From positions 13,451,270 through 13,515,269 of the forward strand of contig OZ316892.1 in NCBI GenBank assembly GCA_973895155.1: DNA of 64,000 nucleotides, given 5' to 3'. The DNA comes from Marsupella aquatica (lineage: Eukaryota > Plantae > Marchantiophyta). The position numbers and the translations under genes are program-made. Of this stretch, positions 13,928-24,822 are shown piece after piece. The notes beneath the pieces are model-generated. The model saw only the letters and a program-made list of their open reading frames with translations. It searched no databases and was not told the origin of the DNA. Numbering within the stretch: the first letter of the stretch is position 1; the number at the start of each line of letters is the position of its first letter.

Positions 13928-14228
13928 AGTTCTGCTACAAGAAGCAAAACAAATGCTTCCCGTCTTCAGCTTGGCAGGGACTCTGGTTCTGCTACGAGAA
14001 GCAAAACGAATGCTTCCCGTCTTCAGCTTGGCAGGGGCATCGTCGATATTGAATGTTGCAACTTCCACAAAAAGAATGTGATGCAGGTTAGTGTCCTAAA
14101 TTGTATGCTGGCTGCGCTTAGGGTCGGGGTTGGGCAATCGATTCAGTCCCGGATTGAGGGTAAAATGAATCGTATGCTGGCTGCGCTTAGGGTCGGGGGC
14201 TGGGTAATCGATTTAGTCCCAGATTGAG
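13928..14228. repeat. Subterminal tandem repeats in MULE (2 x ~57 bp, then 2 x ~69 bp)
   Basis: GTTCTGCTAC.AGAAGCAAAAC.AATGCTTCCCGTCTTCAGCTTGGCAGGG twice; GTATGCTGGCTGCGCTTAGGGTCGGGG..GATTGAG twice. Confidence 0.8.
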
Positions 14229-14756
14229 TGCAAAATGGGGGCTGCTGCGCTGATATGTGGGGGGCTGGTTGCGCTGCAATTTGGAGGGCTGGCTGCTGCA
14301 ATTGAGGCTATGCTTGCTAGCTGTGCTGAAAATCGGGGGGCTGGCTGGGCGTAGGGTCAATGCCATGGTTCAGGTTAGCTTTTGCTGCGCTACGATTCAA
14401 GCTATCCTGCAAAATGGGGTGCTGGCAATGCAGCAAAATCTGAAGGGTTGGCTGGCTAGATGTGCTGCAAACATCACTCAATAGATTGCATTTACTTCAA
14501 CTCCTGGATTAAGCAATTTCGGACATAAGGTGGAGACTTAGATTGTTATTGTATGTATGCATGTTTAATTTGTTGCTGAAATTAGTGCTTTTGTTCGCTG
14601 CAACCTAGTCATGATATGGGCGATTACATACATTTCAATGCAAAACCACAACCTGTTATGGACTTTAAAAGTCACAGGATGTCCGACATGTTCAAATTAC
14701 CACAAATGTAACTAGTCTAAATAATGCATAGGACGTTAAAGTTGGGCACATACACC

Positions 14757-15980
14757 ATGGACCCTCAAGATATCTCTGGTTCTGGATGTTGGTCAGATTC
14801 ACACGAATCTGAATCCTATCACACCAGTGATTCGGAGTATTCTAGCAACAACTGTGAAGAAGAATCACAACCCACATTTGATGGCAATGATTGTACCTTA
14901 TGGACCGTGGGTTCTGAATCATGTTTTGAAGGACATACATAATTGAGAGATAACCCAGAGAAAAATCCACATATTGATATTAGTGAGCTTGTCCAAGATG
15001 ACTTCCACTCTCAGTTATGTCCAGCGGAATCAGGTAAGCTCTATGTACCCCCAATTCATTGAATTCTCAAGAGTTTATCAATTTGTGAACAGTTCCCGTG
15101 TTTAACTATCACTGGTAATTGTCATGCAGGATTTGTGAACAATCATCAACCATCTGAGCTTGAACTGAAACTTCTCAAAGGGCAACAATATGTTACTTGG
15201 AATGAATTTAATAAAGTATTAGATGAATATGAAGCCAAAGCAGGATGGAGTTTCACCAGGTTTGCTAGGAATAAAACCAGATTCATGGGTAAGTGCAGAG
15301 GGTTTGATGTGAATGATCCACACTACTGCAAAGCTGAACTTTATGTCAGGCACATGAAAGAAAGTGGCAGAATTTGCATACAGAAAAGTTACCTTATCCA
15401 CACTTGTTCACAATCGTTGCACAAGTGGAGACATGGTGCTCATAAGAGACGATGGGTAGAGGAAAAGATACAGTCAAACATCCGCGTTAACCCAAACACG
15501 TCCAATAAAGACTTGAGAGGGCACATTTGTAATATCCATTCTGCTGATACTACGGTATGGACTGCACAATGAGCACGGCGAAAAGTTATCCAAAAGCTAG
15601 GTGGTGATCATGGCACATCCTTCCAGATGATTCCAGCATACGTGGCTAAAGTGAAGCATACAGACCCTGGATCACATGTATTGTATGAAACATATGAAAC
15701 TGACAATCGATTTCACAGAATTTTTATGGCACCAACATCGTCACAAAATGCCTTCACCCATGTTTGACCTTTTGTTGGGATGGATGCTACACACACAGGT
15801 AACGCCAGCGAGAGAGTTTCATAAATTTCATACCATATCGTTCAATTCATTTGTATTCAATTCAAACTGCAAGCAAGTCTGCGCTGCATCACTAATCTCT
15901 CTCCCTTGCAATAGGAGGTGAATTCCCAATGATTATATTGTTGGCTACAACCTTTGACTGTAACAATCACATTGAGTTAC
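14757..15980 (+). pseudogene. MuDR/MULE transposase (mudrA-like), truncated and with stops
   Basis: Exons 14757-15033, 15130-15798 and 15915-~15980 join in phase with GT-AG introns. MuDR DNA-binding region (YVTWNEFNKVLDEY..RFMGKC..CKAELYV..IHTC), then SFQMIPAYVAKVKHTDPGS..FHRIF..PFVGMDATHTGGEFPMIILLATTFDCNNHI (first catalytic D). Stops at 14940, 15570 and ~15765. Homology ends before the second D. Confidence 0.85.
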
Positions 15981-16277
15981 GGACCTTCTGTCCGTAGCCC
16001 AAATACGTGAAACAGCCAAGCACAGGGAGGATGTGAGTCAATCGAGTTCTTACATGTGCTTGAATCTGTGCTCCATACGGCAACTCTTGCCCACGAGCAA
16101 GTATGGAATCCAATGTCTGGACACCACTCATTCAAATGCGATTATGACAAGGTTTTGGCATCCTACAGTGCATCATGTCAAAATATTCGTGTTGGAAATG
16201 AGTTCTGGAAATGAACAATATATTCAAAATATTATAAGTTCTTACAATAATAAATCAGAAACTGAACTAAAGCCTGT

Positions 16278-16829
16278 CTACAAAGTAAGGCCAAAATTTT
16301 TAGTCCAGTCATCATTGGTCAAGTACAATATTTGTTGAATTACATGGTCATCCTCTCTAAGGTACCCAACCCCTAATTCCAACATGACATCTAAACTCCA
16401 TCCTGCAAGCCACCATTTAGGGCGGGGACCAGGTCCTGATAGTAAAGGCCCCAATACCCTCCAATAATCTGAATCTTCAACCAAATGTCTCCAGCCTGTA
16501 TTGATGCATCTAACAGACATGATGTTGTGAGCCTCACAGGCAATTGACAATCTTGGCCAAATATTGGTGAGGACTAAATCATTTGGCAAAGGAGGGAGGA
16601 GGTGGGTACTCTTAGTACACCCAATCCTCTTCCCTTCACCCTGCCCCTCTGCCTCATCCTGGGTTGCATCTAGCGAGACACTAGACTGATTGGCGGAATC
16701 CAGAGTAGGCTTAGGTACTGGGTTGTGCTCATCTTTCAGTAGAGTAGGAGTATGGAGAGCCCCTCTAAGGAACCTATGAAGGCAGAGATTGGGGACATCA
16801 CACAGTGAACGATGTCTACTCTCGCCCAA
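16278..16829 (-). CDS. F-box-like domain ORF inside MULE (cargo; may be decayed)
   Basis: LLPPLPNDLVLTNIWPRL..IMSVRCINTGWRHLVEDSDYW matches the F-box pattern LPxDLxxxIxxRL...LRxVxxxWRxLV. 183-codon open frame directly downstream of the DUF1917 frame. Confidence 0.55.
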   Translation of the reverse strand: MGESRHRSLCDVPNLCLHRFLRGALHTPTLLKDEHNPVPKPTLDSANQSSVSLDATQDEAEGQGEGKRIGCTKSTHLLPPLPNDLVLTNIWPRLSIACEAHNIMSVRCINTGWRHLVEDSDYWRVLGPLLSGPGPRPKWWLAGWSLDVMLELGVGYLREDDHVIQQILYLTNDDWTKNFGLTL

Positions 16830-16844
16830 AAAACCCAGGCCATG

Positions 16845-17492
16845 TCAAGCTGCATATTTAGTAGCCGAGAGGCCAAGCCTATTGCTTGCATACACCCCAC
16901 AAACAGAGTAGGCGTCAGGCTTATAAAACAGAGTGTCATTAAACCCTAAACTCCAAAGGGGATCCCTTAGAGCAAAAACATCATCTATGTCGGTGAAATT
17001 ATCAGACCACACACAAATGACATGTTGACGGTGAGGGATCTTTTCCTCTTTGGGAAACCCAGACTTCAGAGGTTTGGTATGACTGGTGGAAACCTTGGCA
17101 ACAGTTGCCAGACTACTCTTCACAATAGTAGGAGCAATTTTTGCCCACTGGGTGTCTACGGCATGACTGTCAACAAAAATCATCCATTTTCCAGACAGGA
17201 CATTATTGGCAATAGCTAGACCTTCAATATGAGAGTTCTGTAGCCTATCAAAGGAGGAAAGACACAATGATTCCGAAGCCACAACTAACCCTTAAATTGT
17301 ATTAACAAGGCAGTCCAATTCCTTGTTTGAGTGAAGGGTGGTAACAGTCAGCCATTCAATGTGGTTCAAGGGAATAGATGATGGCTTCCATTCATCAAGG
17401 AATTCAAAAAATGGATTGAAGGTCATTGTCAAAGCATACTACATGAGACTACTGCCCAACATCCATGACTGTGAGCAATGGAATAATTTGAC
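16845..17492 (-). pseudogene. DUF1917 / Bles03 (C11orf68, UPF0696)-like gene inside MULE
   Basis: EFLDEWKPSSIP..EWLTV..*..LSGKWMIFVDSHAVDTQWAKIA..AKVST..HVICVWSDNFTDIDDV..L.SLG..LFYKPDAYSVCGVYASN shows the family motifs GKWMxF, AKVS, hIcVYTxDFxDxxDV and YKxDxYTxxGIY. In-frame TAA near 17292 and a -1 slip near 17406. Probable acceptor near 17493. Confidence 0.8.
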
Positions 17493-18479
17493 CCCTGCAA
17501 GCACATACTTGACAATTAATACTAGTGAACTAAGACAAACTTGATTTTGCAGACCGACTTGCTAGTGTAGTAGACAAATTGCAGAGGACCAAAATTGGAG
17601 ACAATTACCTGATCAAAGAATGTTGAACCAAGGTTTAGCAGGCACAATTGGTATGTTTCAACAGGGGAATGTCACCTGAACCACATTGACAAGAATCCAT
17701 TTATTTAAGAAGAGTGGTTGTGACAGTTACACTCAGTGTATAAACGGGGTAGAATCAAATTTAAATGGGAATTTTGCTTACTCAAACACAAAGTCAACCC
17801 CAGAATGTTGTGTCAATGGAGCTTCTGTCAAGTTTCACAACAAATTTGGTTCGCAAATTGGCTGTGGATATACAACAAGGCTGCAACATCAAAATTTCAG
17901 CAAAAGGACGCACCCTGAAACTGATTACCTTCTTTATTGATCCCCTTGCAGCTGCATTCACTAGGTGAAGCGATCCCCTTGGCGAAGTAGCTAGTCCTCT
18001 GGTCATGCACTTCAGCTGCAGGCGATCAGCTCAATATCCATCTCACATTCCCCTTTGTTCATGCTCATCCATACACCTGTAGTAATTAGCACCCAGTTCC
18101 CAGGAGACATCCATCCATAGTCAACTATGCTTGCCCTCTGAGGTCCACTGGTTGAATCAGAATCAGCAGAAGTATATTCAAGTAGAGGCGATAAGCTCAA
18201 TTTGAAATTCAAAACATTAGCTAAACTTGGAACCTGACCTGTGAACTTCAGCTGTTGGGCAAAATCTGTGTTGAGTAGGAGGCGATGAGTTGTGGAACTC
18301 GCAGCTGAACTTAAGCTGGTCACATGAGCTGCTGGAAAGTGGAAGCGCTGCTAACATGAGGTGCTGCGCTGCAAAATAGAACTTGAACTGCAGCCGGGGA
18401 CGATTTGGTGTTGAACTCCCGACTGAGCTTGTGCTGCGAACATGAGCTGCTGTGTAGGCTTGATATCGTTGCTGTGCTG

Positions 18480-19012
18480 GAGCTGCTGTGTTGCTGCAAA
18501 ATAGAGCTGATGAGGTGCTGTGAAATAGGGCAAAATAGAGCTGCAAAATAGAGCTACTGCTATGCTGCGAAATAGGGCTGCTGTTGTGCTGCGAAATAGG
18601 GCTGCTGCTGTGCTGCGAAATACTGCTGCAAATGTGCTACCAAATAGAGCTGCAAATGTGCTGCAACATGCTACAAAATAGATCTGCTGCTTTGCTGTGA
18701 AATAGAGCTGTGAATGTGCTGCAAAAAACTGCTGCAATTGTGCTGCCAATGTGCTGCCAAATAGAGCTGCGAATGTGCTTCCAAATAGAGCTGCGAATAT
18801 GCTGCAACATAGAGCAGCTGTGCTGCGAAATAGATTTGCTGCTGAGCTGCGAAATAGAGCTACGAAGTAGAGCTACGAAATCAAGCTCCAAAGTAGAGCT
18901 GCGAAATCAAGCTGCGAAGTAGAGCTGCGAAATCAAGCTGCGAAGTAGAGCTGCAAAATCAAGCTGCGAAGTAGAGCTGCAAAATCAAGCTACGAGGTCG
19001 AGCTGCGAGGTC
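18480..19012. repeat. Degenerate minisatellite array in MULE right arm
   Basis: Units such as GCTGCGAAATAGA and a 26-bp GCGAAATCAAGCTGCGAAGTAGAGCT repeated several times. They produce spurious low-complexity ORFs. Confidence 0.8.
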
Positions 19013-20564
19013 GACCCGCAAATAGCAGCGCTACGAGTATGCCTGAGAACTTCAGCTCCAACGTTCATGTGCGAATCGGGGCTTTAAGTTCAGGTGCGAA
19101 GGATGTTGTCGATGAGCTCCCTAAACTTACAATCTGTCTTGGAATTCTTCGCGCAAAACCACATGGAGAAGCAGACTCTATCGATGGACATCACATTCCA
19201 CATTTGGCCACATTCATAGCGCGAAGGGTGCTGTCGATCGTTGCAAAAAGCCTGAACGAACCCTAGCATGTTCCTTAATGTCAATGAGGCCCCGTGCCCA
19301 AAGCCAGGGGGATGGAAAACCTGAGTCGGGACAGACTACCTGGAAACCAACTGAAAACCGACTGGTCCCGGTCACAATACTCGTTACAGGTCACTTTTGC
19401 CAAGCAAATGGAAAGTGTGCTATACGGACAAAATTCAAAGTTTTGGTTGTGTCCATTTAGGTTGTGTAAGTCCATGAGGGCGTTTTTGAAAACGTCCGTG
19501 TCCATGGGGGCTTTAAGTTCAGGCTCAGGTTAGTTTTAATTTAGTTTTAATAATTGTAATTTGTGCCCAAATCAGGATAGCACTACGGCAATACGTGCGG
19601 AGTCGCCAACGGTAGGACGGTAGGACTGGAGGAGGCGGCAAAGGAATTTTGGATGGAAGCCAAGACAAAGAACCGCAGCGAGCTGTCGGAACCGCTCTTT
19701 GAGGTTTGAGGGTTGAGGTTTCGCATGAGCCAGGCCAAATGTGACCCTGTGAGGCAGCAACCATTCCAACCCCCAGGGGTCCCGTACAGGATTCATCGAT
19801 GCGCGAGAGATTCGAGGGCATTTTGGGAGAAGCAGAATCTTGAACGCCATGGAATAAGTAGAGCCGAACGTAGTTGTGAGGGAGGAGGGGGATCGTTGCA
19901 CCTCGAGTCTGGGTTTGAGAGATCTCGAGGTTTTTGCAACAGGACGAACCTGCTGTGAAGCAACGAGGCAGGCAGGCTGAAGGCTTGACGTTCTCCTATG
20001 CTCGAGTTTGGCTTGGATTGCTTTCTTTTCAGTAGTTGAAGCATAGTCGAAAGACGTAGCAGACGAAAATGAACTGATGTCGCGTAGAGAAATTGGTAGT
20101 GTTTGTTGGTGGGAGAAGGAGGGTTTTGGAAGAGAGGCAGGGGAGGAAGAACTGGACTGTTAGATTGATCTTAGGCCATCGGGAGGCCGGCGGGAGTAGG
20201 AGCGCTACCTCTCCCTGTAGTGTTGGTGCATGATTGTTGCTTCTCGGTGTTCTCTCTTTTCCTCTCACTCAGACTTTAAGAGTGCTCTTTCGATCCGTCA
20301 ATTCGTTCGTAACGACAGTCCTAGGTTGAGTCATTTTGTAAAAGCTCCGGAATCTTCGTTGCTCTTTTAATTAACAGTCTCCTTCAAGTCGTTTGCAACT
20401 AGGTCGAAGCATTTTTTCCAGCTCTCTAAAGTAAACCTTAGCTCTACTCGCCCTTTCTCGTTTCGTTTGCTACTAGATTTGGTTTAATCATTAGTCAAAT
20501 CTCGGCACAGAAATCTTAGTTTACATGCTTAGTTTTACATGCACTCTGTCTGTGCACGGGCATT

Positions 20565-20972
20565 GCGAACATTCTGTGATCTTTGAATTTGACGTACTAA
20601 AACTTTTGCAATGATGGCTCCTGTAGTTCGCTTCAACGCCTGTGGGAATCGGGGCTCTCAATTATCATAGTCTAAGAATCAACTGAAAAAAAGGGCAATG
20701 CGAACATTCTGTGATCTTTGAATTTGACGTACTAAAACTTTTGCAATGATGGCTCCTGTAGTTCGCTTCAACGCCTGACTTTTGCAATGATGGCTCCTGT
20801 AGTTCGCTTCAACGCCTGTGGGAATCGGGGCTCTCAATTATCATAGTCTAAGAAGTAACTGAAAAACATAGAATCTCGCCTGGCCTGTAGTTCGCTTCAA
20901 CGTCTCTGTGGGAATCAGGTCTCTCAATTATCATAGTCTAAGAAGCAACTGAAAAAAATAGAATCTCGCCTG
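20565..20972. repeat. Complex tandem duplications (~135 bp unit plus partial copies)
   Basis: GCGAACATTCTGTGATCTTTGAATTTGACG.. twice; CCTGTAGTTCGCTTCAACG four times; CTCTCAATTATCATAGTCTAAGAA three times. Confidence 0.85.
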
Positions 20973-21090
20973 GTTTCTTCCCCTGTCCCGTGTGATTTCA
21001 CCTTGCGGACGAGGCCAACGGACGGACGGACAACACTTTCGTTAGGGAAAGTCCCACTTCACTCGGGAACCCTAAACCCTTCTTCAGAAG

Positions 21091-21234
21091 AACATCGACA
21101 AGAAGCAGCTGGTGGATGATGTGCGCAAAGCACTGTATGCCTCAAAAATTTGCAGCTACGCGCAAGGGATGAATTTAATTCGGTCAAAAATTTGCAGCTA
21201 CGCGCAAGGGATGAATTTAATTCGGGCCAAGAGC
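21091..21234 (+). pseudogene. 6-phosphogluconate dehydrogenase gene fragment with in-frame 42-bp duplication
   Basis: NIDKKQLVDDVRKALYASKICSYAQGMNLIR-SKICSYAQGMNLIR-AKS is the conserved plant 6PGD C-terminal segment (ALYASKICSYAQGMNLIRAKS). No flanking 6PGD sequence. Confidence 0.85.
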
Positions 21235-22189
21235 TTATGACCGGAACTCCAATCTTGCCAGCTTGCTCGTGGATAAGGAATTCGCCAAAGAGATGGTCGA
21301 GAGGCAGGCGGCATGACGACGAGTGGTGGGCCTTGCCATTGAAACGGGAATTAGCACCCCGATGACGGGAGAAATGCCATTATTGAACTCACAGGTTGTT
21401 CGGCATTGAAGAGAAATTAGATACTTGAAGCCCGTCTTTCTCTGTCTCCGATATTTTCACCCTCTGTACCGCACTGACCCTTTTCTCATTCAAAGTTTCG
21501 AGCCTGAATCACAAATCGATTTGTGCACTATCAAATCCAAAGCAGGATCCACGGACTTTAAGACTGATTAAACAGAACCACGTTCCAGAGCTCGGGAAGT
21601 GAGAAAAACTAAACAGTGCAGCTCAACTTTCGCGAGCAACAATAGTAGGACACACATGGCAGGTAGAAAGTATTCACACTCAGATTATTTAAAAGATTGT
21701 GCTCATGGGCATCACCGTCACAAACCCATCAAATTCAGTAACTGCTAGGGCAATTATGCTTCTGCTTGTCCAAAGTAGACACCGGCAACTGTAATTATTA
21801 CATTCAAGAGGTAGAGATCCTTGTCATCTCTTGTTTGCTTCAATGCTCTCACGCCTGAACAATGTCTCAAATGGCATGAAAGGCAGCACTAGTTTGGGAA
21901 TCAAGAGGCACGTCTACCACAGCCGAGAGAGCTAAAAGCCAAAGCGCTCGGTCTCTAGGGTAGTCCATCCACATTCTCCAGCCAAGAAACACGATGTCTA
22001 AACAGAGCAGCTCGAGAAACTTCATCCAGACATAGCAGTAAGCGTATGAAAGGAAAACTTCATCCAGACATAGCAGTAAGCGTATGAAAGGAAGCTGTGA
22101 AACTCCAACCAGCTGAAAACCTTTGTTGAAAACTTCCTTTAGTGGTCCATCAATCCTGAATTTGGTGCTGTAAGCAGACGCATCCAATT

Positions 22190-22447
22190 TTACTTACGTG
22201 AGAATGGATTGATGCAAGGCGCACTTGTCGGCCCGCTTGTCAATCTTCTTCCTGCTTCTCTTTGTTTGCGAAGTTTCACATACCTCCCAATTTCGATGTT
22301 GGAAAATAGTTCATCAATCAACGTTTTTGGCGCATTGTTCACCGCAGCTCCGATGTTGTTCATAGCATTTCCGATCATGAATCCGGATAAGGCAATTCCG
22401 CTCGCCATGATGAGTGCCGAAAGAACATTTGACCAATTCAGATTCAT
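22190..22447 (-). CDS. Hypothetical 85-aa protein with N-terminal hydrophobic helix
   Basis: MNLNWSNVLSALIMASGIALSGFMIGNAMNNIGAAVNNAPKTLIDELFSNIEIGRYVKLRKQ.. has a protein-like composition and follows a GC-rich leader. No family recognised. Confidence 0.3.
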   Translation of the reverse strand: MNLNWSNVLSALIMASGIALSGFMIGNAMNNIGAAVNNAPKTLIDELFSNIEIGRYVKLRKQREAGRRLTSGPTSAPCINPFSRK

Positions 22448-22750
22448 CGCGTAGGGGTGCGAGCGGCCGAGTGCGGAGTGGCGGAGTGCGGAGTGGCGGA
22501 GTTGCAGAGTGGCGGAGTGGGGTTTCGCACTCAGCTTTGCTGTGATTACGGGGGGCAGGGAGTGCCTGTTGGTATGGGACGAATGCGAGGCGGGGAGGCG
22601 GGCGCGCCATCTGCTGAAGGCGGGCAAGCACAACTGGAGGTATTCAAGGTGACCTTCCGTGCAGTCCAGGCCCGCCGGGGCCCTACCCTGCTCTGCCTTG
22701 CCCACCCCTCCCCGGTACCCACCGTACTCTTATCCGCACTAGCTTGATTA

Positions 22751-23573
22751 CAGTGACCTCTGGATAAGTGCACGCTCTGGGGAAGACGGATCTGGCGTGC
22801 ACTAAACCAGGTGTTGCATGACTTGATAAGTGCACATCCCGTAAAAAGTGCTGTAATAGATAAGTGTGTTTCATTTAGAATCCTTTGTTAAATGTGTGAT
22901 CATCCAGGGTTTCTAGGTATTTGAGACCAAGTTGTGTGGGCAATGGCAGATTGAGCACTACAAAGTGAATGAACAACCATAGGGACTCCAAAACTCCCCA
23001 TGCACATTGTAAATACTACAATATACCCAGATCACACCAAGATTTATTTCAAAATGACAACATTTTGTGTCCAATGCTTAGTGCCACGAGCTACAGTGTG
23101 CAACAGTATTAGTATGCACTATGGACCCTTCAATCAGTTAGTGGTCAGCCTCGTACCTTGTATCCCTACCCTAATCCTGTGCACACACTCCTAAGTGCAT
23201 TCTGTACTCTACTAATAATGGGCATGTATTATAGGTAAATGACATTTGTGGAGTTTAAGCGTTTACATATAAGCGCATTCAATCACTTATCCAGGGTAAG
23301 AGCTTATAGAGTTGTCGTTTAGCAAAATGATTTTAGCTCTATGTGCGCTTAGAAAAAATGCTTAAAAAACTCTTATCTCATGTACAAAAAAGGGGAAGAT
23401 CAAGATGGCATGCACTAATGTTGTCGTTTAGCAAAATGATTTTAGTTCTATGTGTGCTTAGAAAAAATGCTTAAAAAATGCTTATCTCATGTACAAAAAA
23501 GGGGAAGATCAAGATGGCATGCACTAATCAAGGGTAAGCGTGTATGGAGTGTGCCCTTAGCCAGAGTTCACTG
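22751..23573. mobile_element. Tc1/mariner (pogo-like) non-autonomous element / MITE, 823 bp
   Basis: TA|CAGTGACCTCTGGATAAGTGCACGCTC ... GAGTGTGCCCTTAGCCAGAGTTCACTG|TA: imperfect ~27-bp TIR with TA TSD. Internal ~108-bp tandem duplication at about 23312-23527. Confidence 0.85.
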
Positions 23574-23769
23574 TACTCTTTCCTTGAACTCTTGCCTTGA
23601 ATCTGCTCCTAGAAAATCACCTTCACTTGGATTTCTTAGCAAAAATCAATCTGCATTAAAATTCATTCTTGGGGGGGTATTTGACACAAACAACTGCTTT
23701 TGTTCCACTAGGATGAAGATAATAGACCTTCACTTCTACAAACGCAAACGCAAACGCAATGCTTGGATA

Positions 23770-24030
23770 CTCCGTGATCCTTGGGCAGTTGAGAGAGTGG
23801 GAGAGTAGTTCCGTCTATCAATCCCACACACCCTGCAAAACCCTTCTTGGCAAACTCATCCGAAATCTTTTGTCTCTCATCGCTATCTGGCCAACTTAAT
23901 TGACCACCAATGGCATCCTCAAGAGCCGTCACACAACGTCGAGTATAGTTCGCGAATGACCCCACACATACCCCATAGAAGAAGGGTGCGATTCATACAG
24001 ACCCCATTACCAGAATGACAAAGAAAGACA
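23770..24030 (-). mobile_element. PIF/Harbinger transposase fragment (DDE_Tnp_4-like)
   Basis: FLCHSGNGVCMNRTLLLWGMCVGSFANYTRRCVTAL..LSWPDSDERQKISDEF..GFAGCVGLIDGTTLPL matches the Harbinger 'WP...GFPxCxGxIDGT' motif. Confidence 0.85.
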
Positions 24031-24073
24031 GGCATCACACTTGAGAGGTGATCAGTTAGTGTTATGTCATTTT

Positions 24074-24417
24074 TGTTGAGTAAAAATGACATTTACAATG
24101 ACAAGTCCATGAACCATCTAACACACAAGTAGTCGACACAAAAAGATATGTGGTTCATCTCAACTGAGGTTAGGTCCACGAAAACACATGAGAGCTTTGC
24201 TGCACTCTACGCCCATCGGCCATACCAAGTCTCCACAATATAAGATCTCCCTATCTCTCAACTGGCTCCGTAACAATGAGCCTAAGTTTCTACTATCCAA
24301 AACACACGCTTGTGATATAGTGTGCACCCTAGTTAATCTAATCTAGTTTGCGACTAAGGTCAGCACTAACTAAGGTTACAATTGTAACCCTAGACTAAGA
24401 GTAAATTATGCTTGACA
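24074..24417 (+). mobile_element. Solo LTR, family A (344 bp, diverged)
   Basis: TGTTGAG...TGACA flanked by an exact 5-bp TSD ATTTT. Internal homology (GTAGTCGACACAA, GGCTCCGTAACAATGAGCC) with the 11411 copy. Confidence 0.85.
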
Positions 24418-24576
24418 ATTTTTCTTTAAGTCAATTATATTTACACTTTTGACAAAATAAAATAGATGATTTTATTATTATTATTCAATCTTGATGTACT
24501 CATTGATGAGTGTTTAGTATCAAAGATTAATCCAATCTTGATGCACTATTAGATGATTGTTTGGTATTGAGAACTA

Positions 24577-24822
24577 CTAGCCCCAACTACCAGTTCTTTG
24601 AACATGAGTAGAGGAGAGTACAATAAAATGTAACAAAATATATTCTCTATTTCCATTCTTTAAATATTAATGAAATTAAAAAAGTAATAATTATTTCATG
24701 GCTATGCACATCTTCCTTACATGCACATATATTTTGGTGGGGCCCTAGATCACAATCTAGAGGTTTCACTCTAGAAGCCTAGACCCTGATTCTATCTTCC
24801 CCTTGGGGCTTTATAAGTAAGA
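24577..24822 (-). mobile_element. Short non-autonomous Helitron (246 bp)
   Basis: On the minus strand: A|TCTTACTTATAAAGC ... GGGGCTAG|T, i.e. TC..CTAG inserted between A and T with no TSD. Homologous to 44188-44475. Confidence 0.7.

Larger units (their letters stand above)
13751..19520 (+). mobile_element. Mutator-like element (MULE), 5770 bp, defective, with cargo gene
   Basis: Perfect 23-bp TIR GAACTTAAAGCCCCCATGGACAC / GTGTCCATGGGGGCTTTAAGTTC. Exact 9-bp TSD AGGCTCAGG at 13742-13750 and 19521-19529. Internal MuDR-type transposase remnant. Confidence 0.93.

Noticed and set aside
18217-18922. Overlapping Ala/Gln/Ser-rich ORFs
   Set aside because: Translations of a minisatellite.
13755-19516. 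TTAA|AG...CT|TTAA ends suggesting a TTAA-targeting Kolobok or piggyBac element
   Set aside because: The inverted repeat extends 4 bp beyond TTAA and an exact 9-bp TSD flanks it, so TTAA is inside a MULE TIR.
20565-20972. Repeated units with ATGATG and CTGA resembling a C/D snoRNA cluster or CRISPR-like array
   Set aside because: C box is imperfect, no rRNA-complementary guide was recognised, there are no unique spacers, and the context is eukaryotic.
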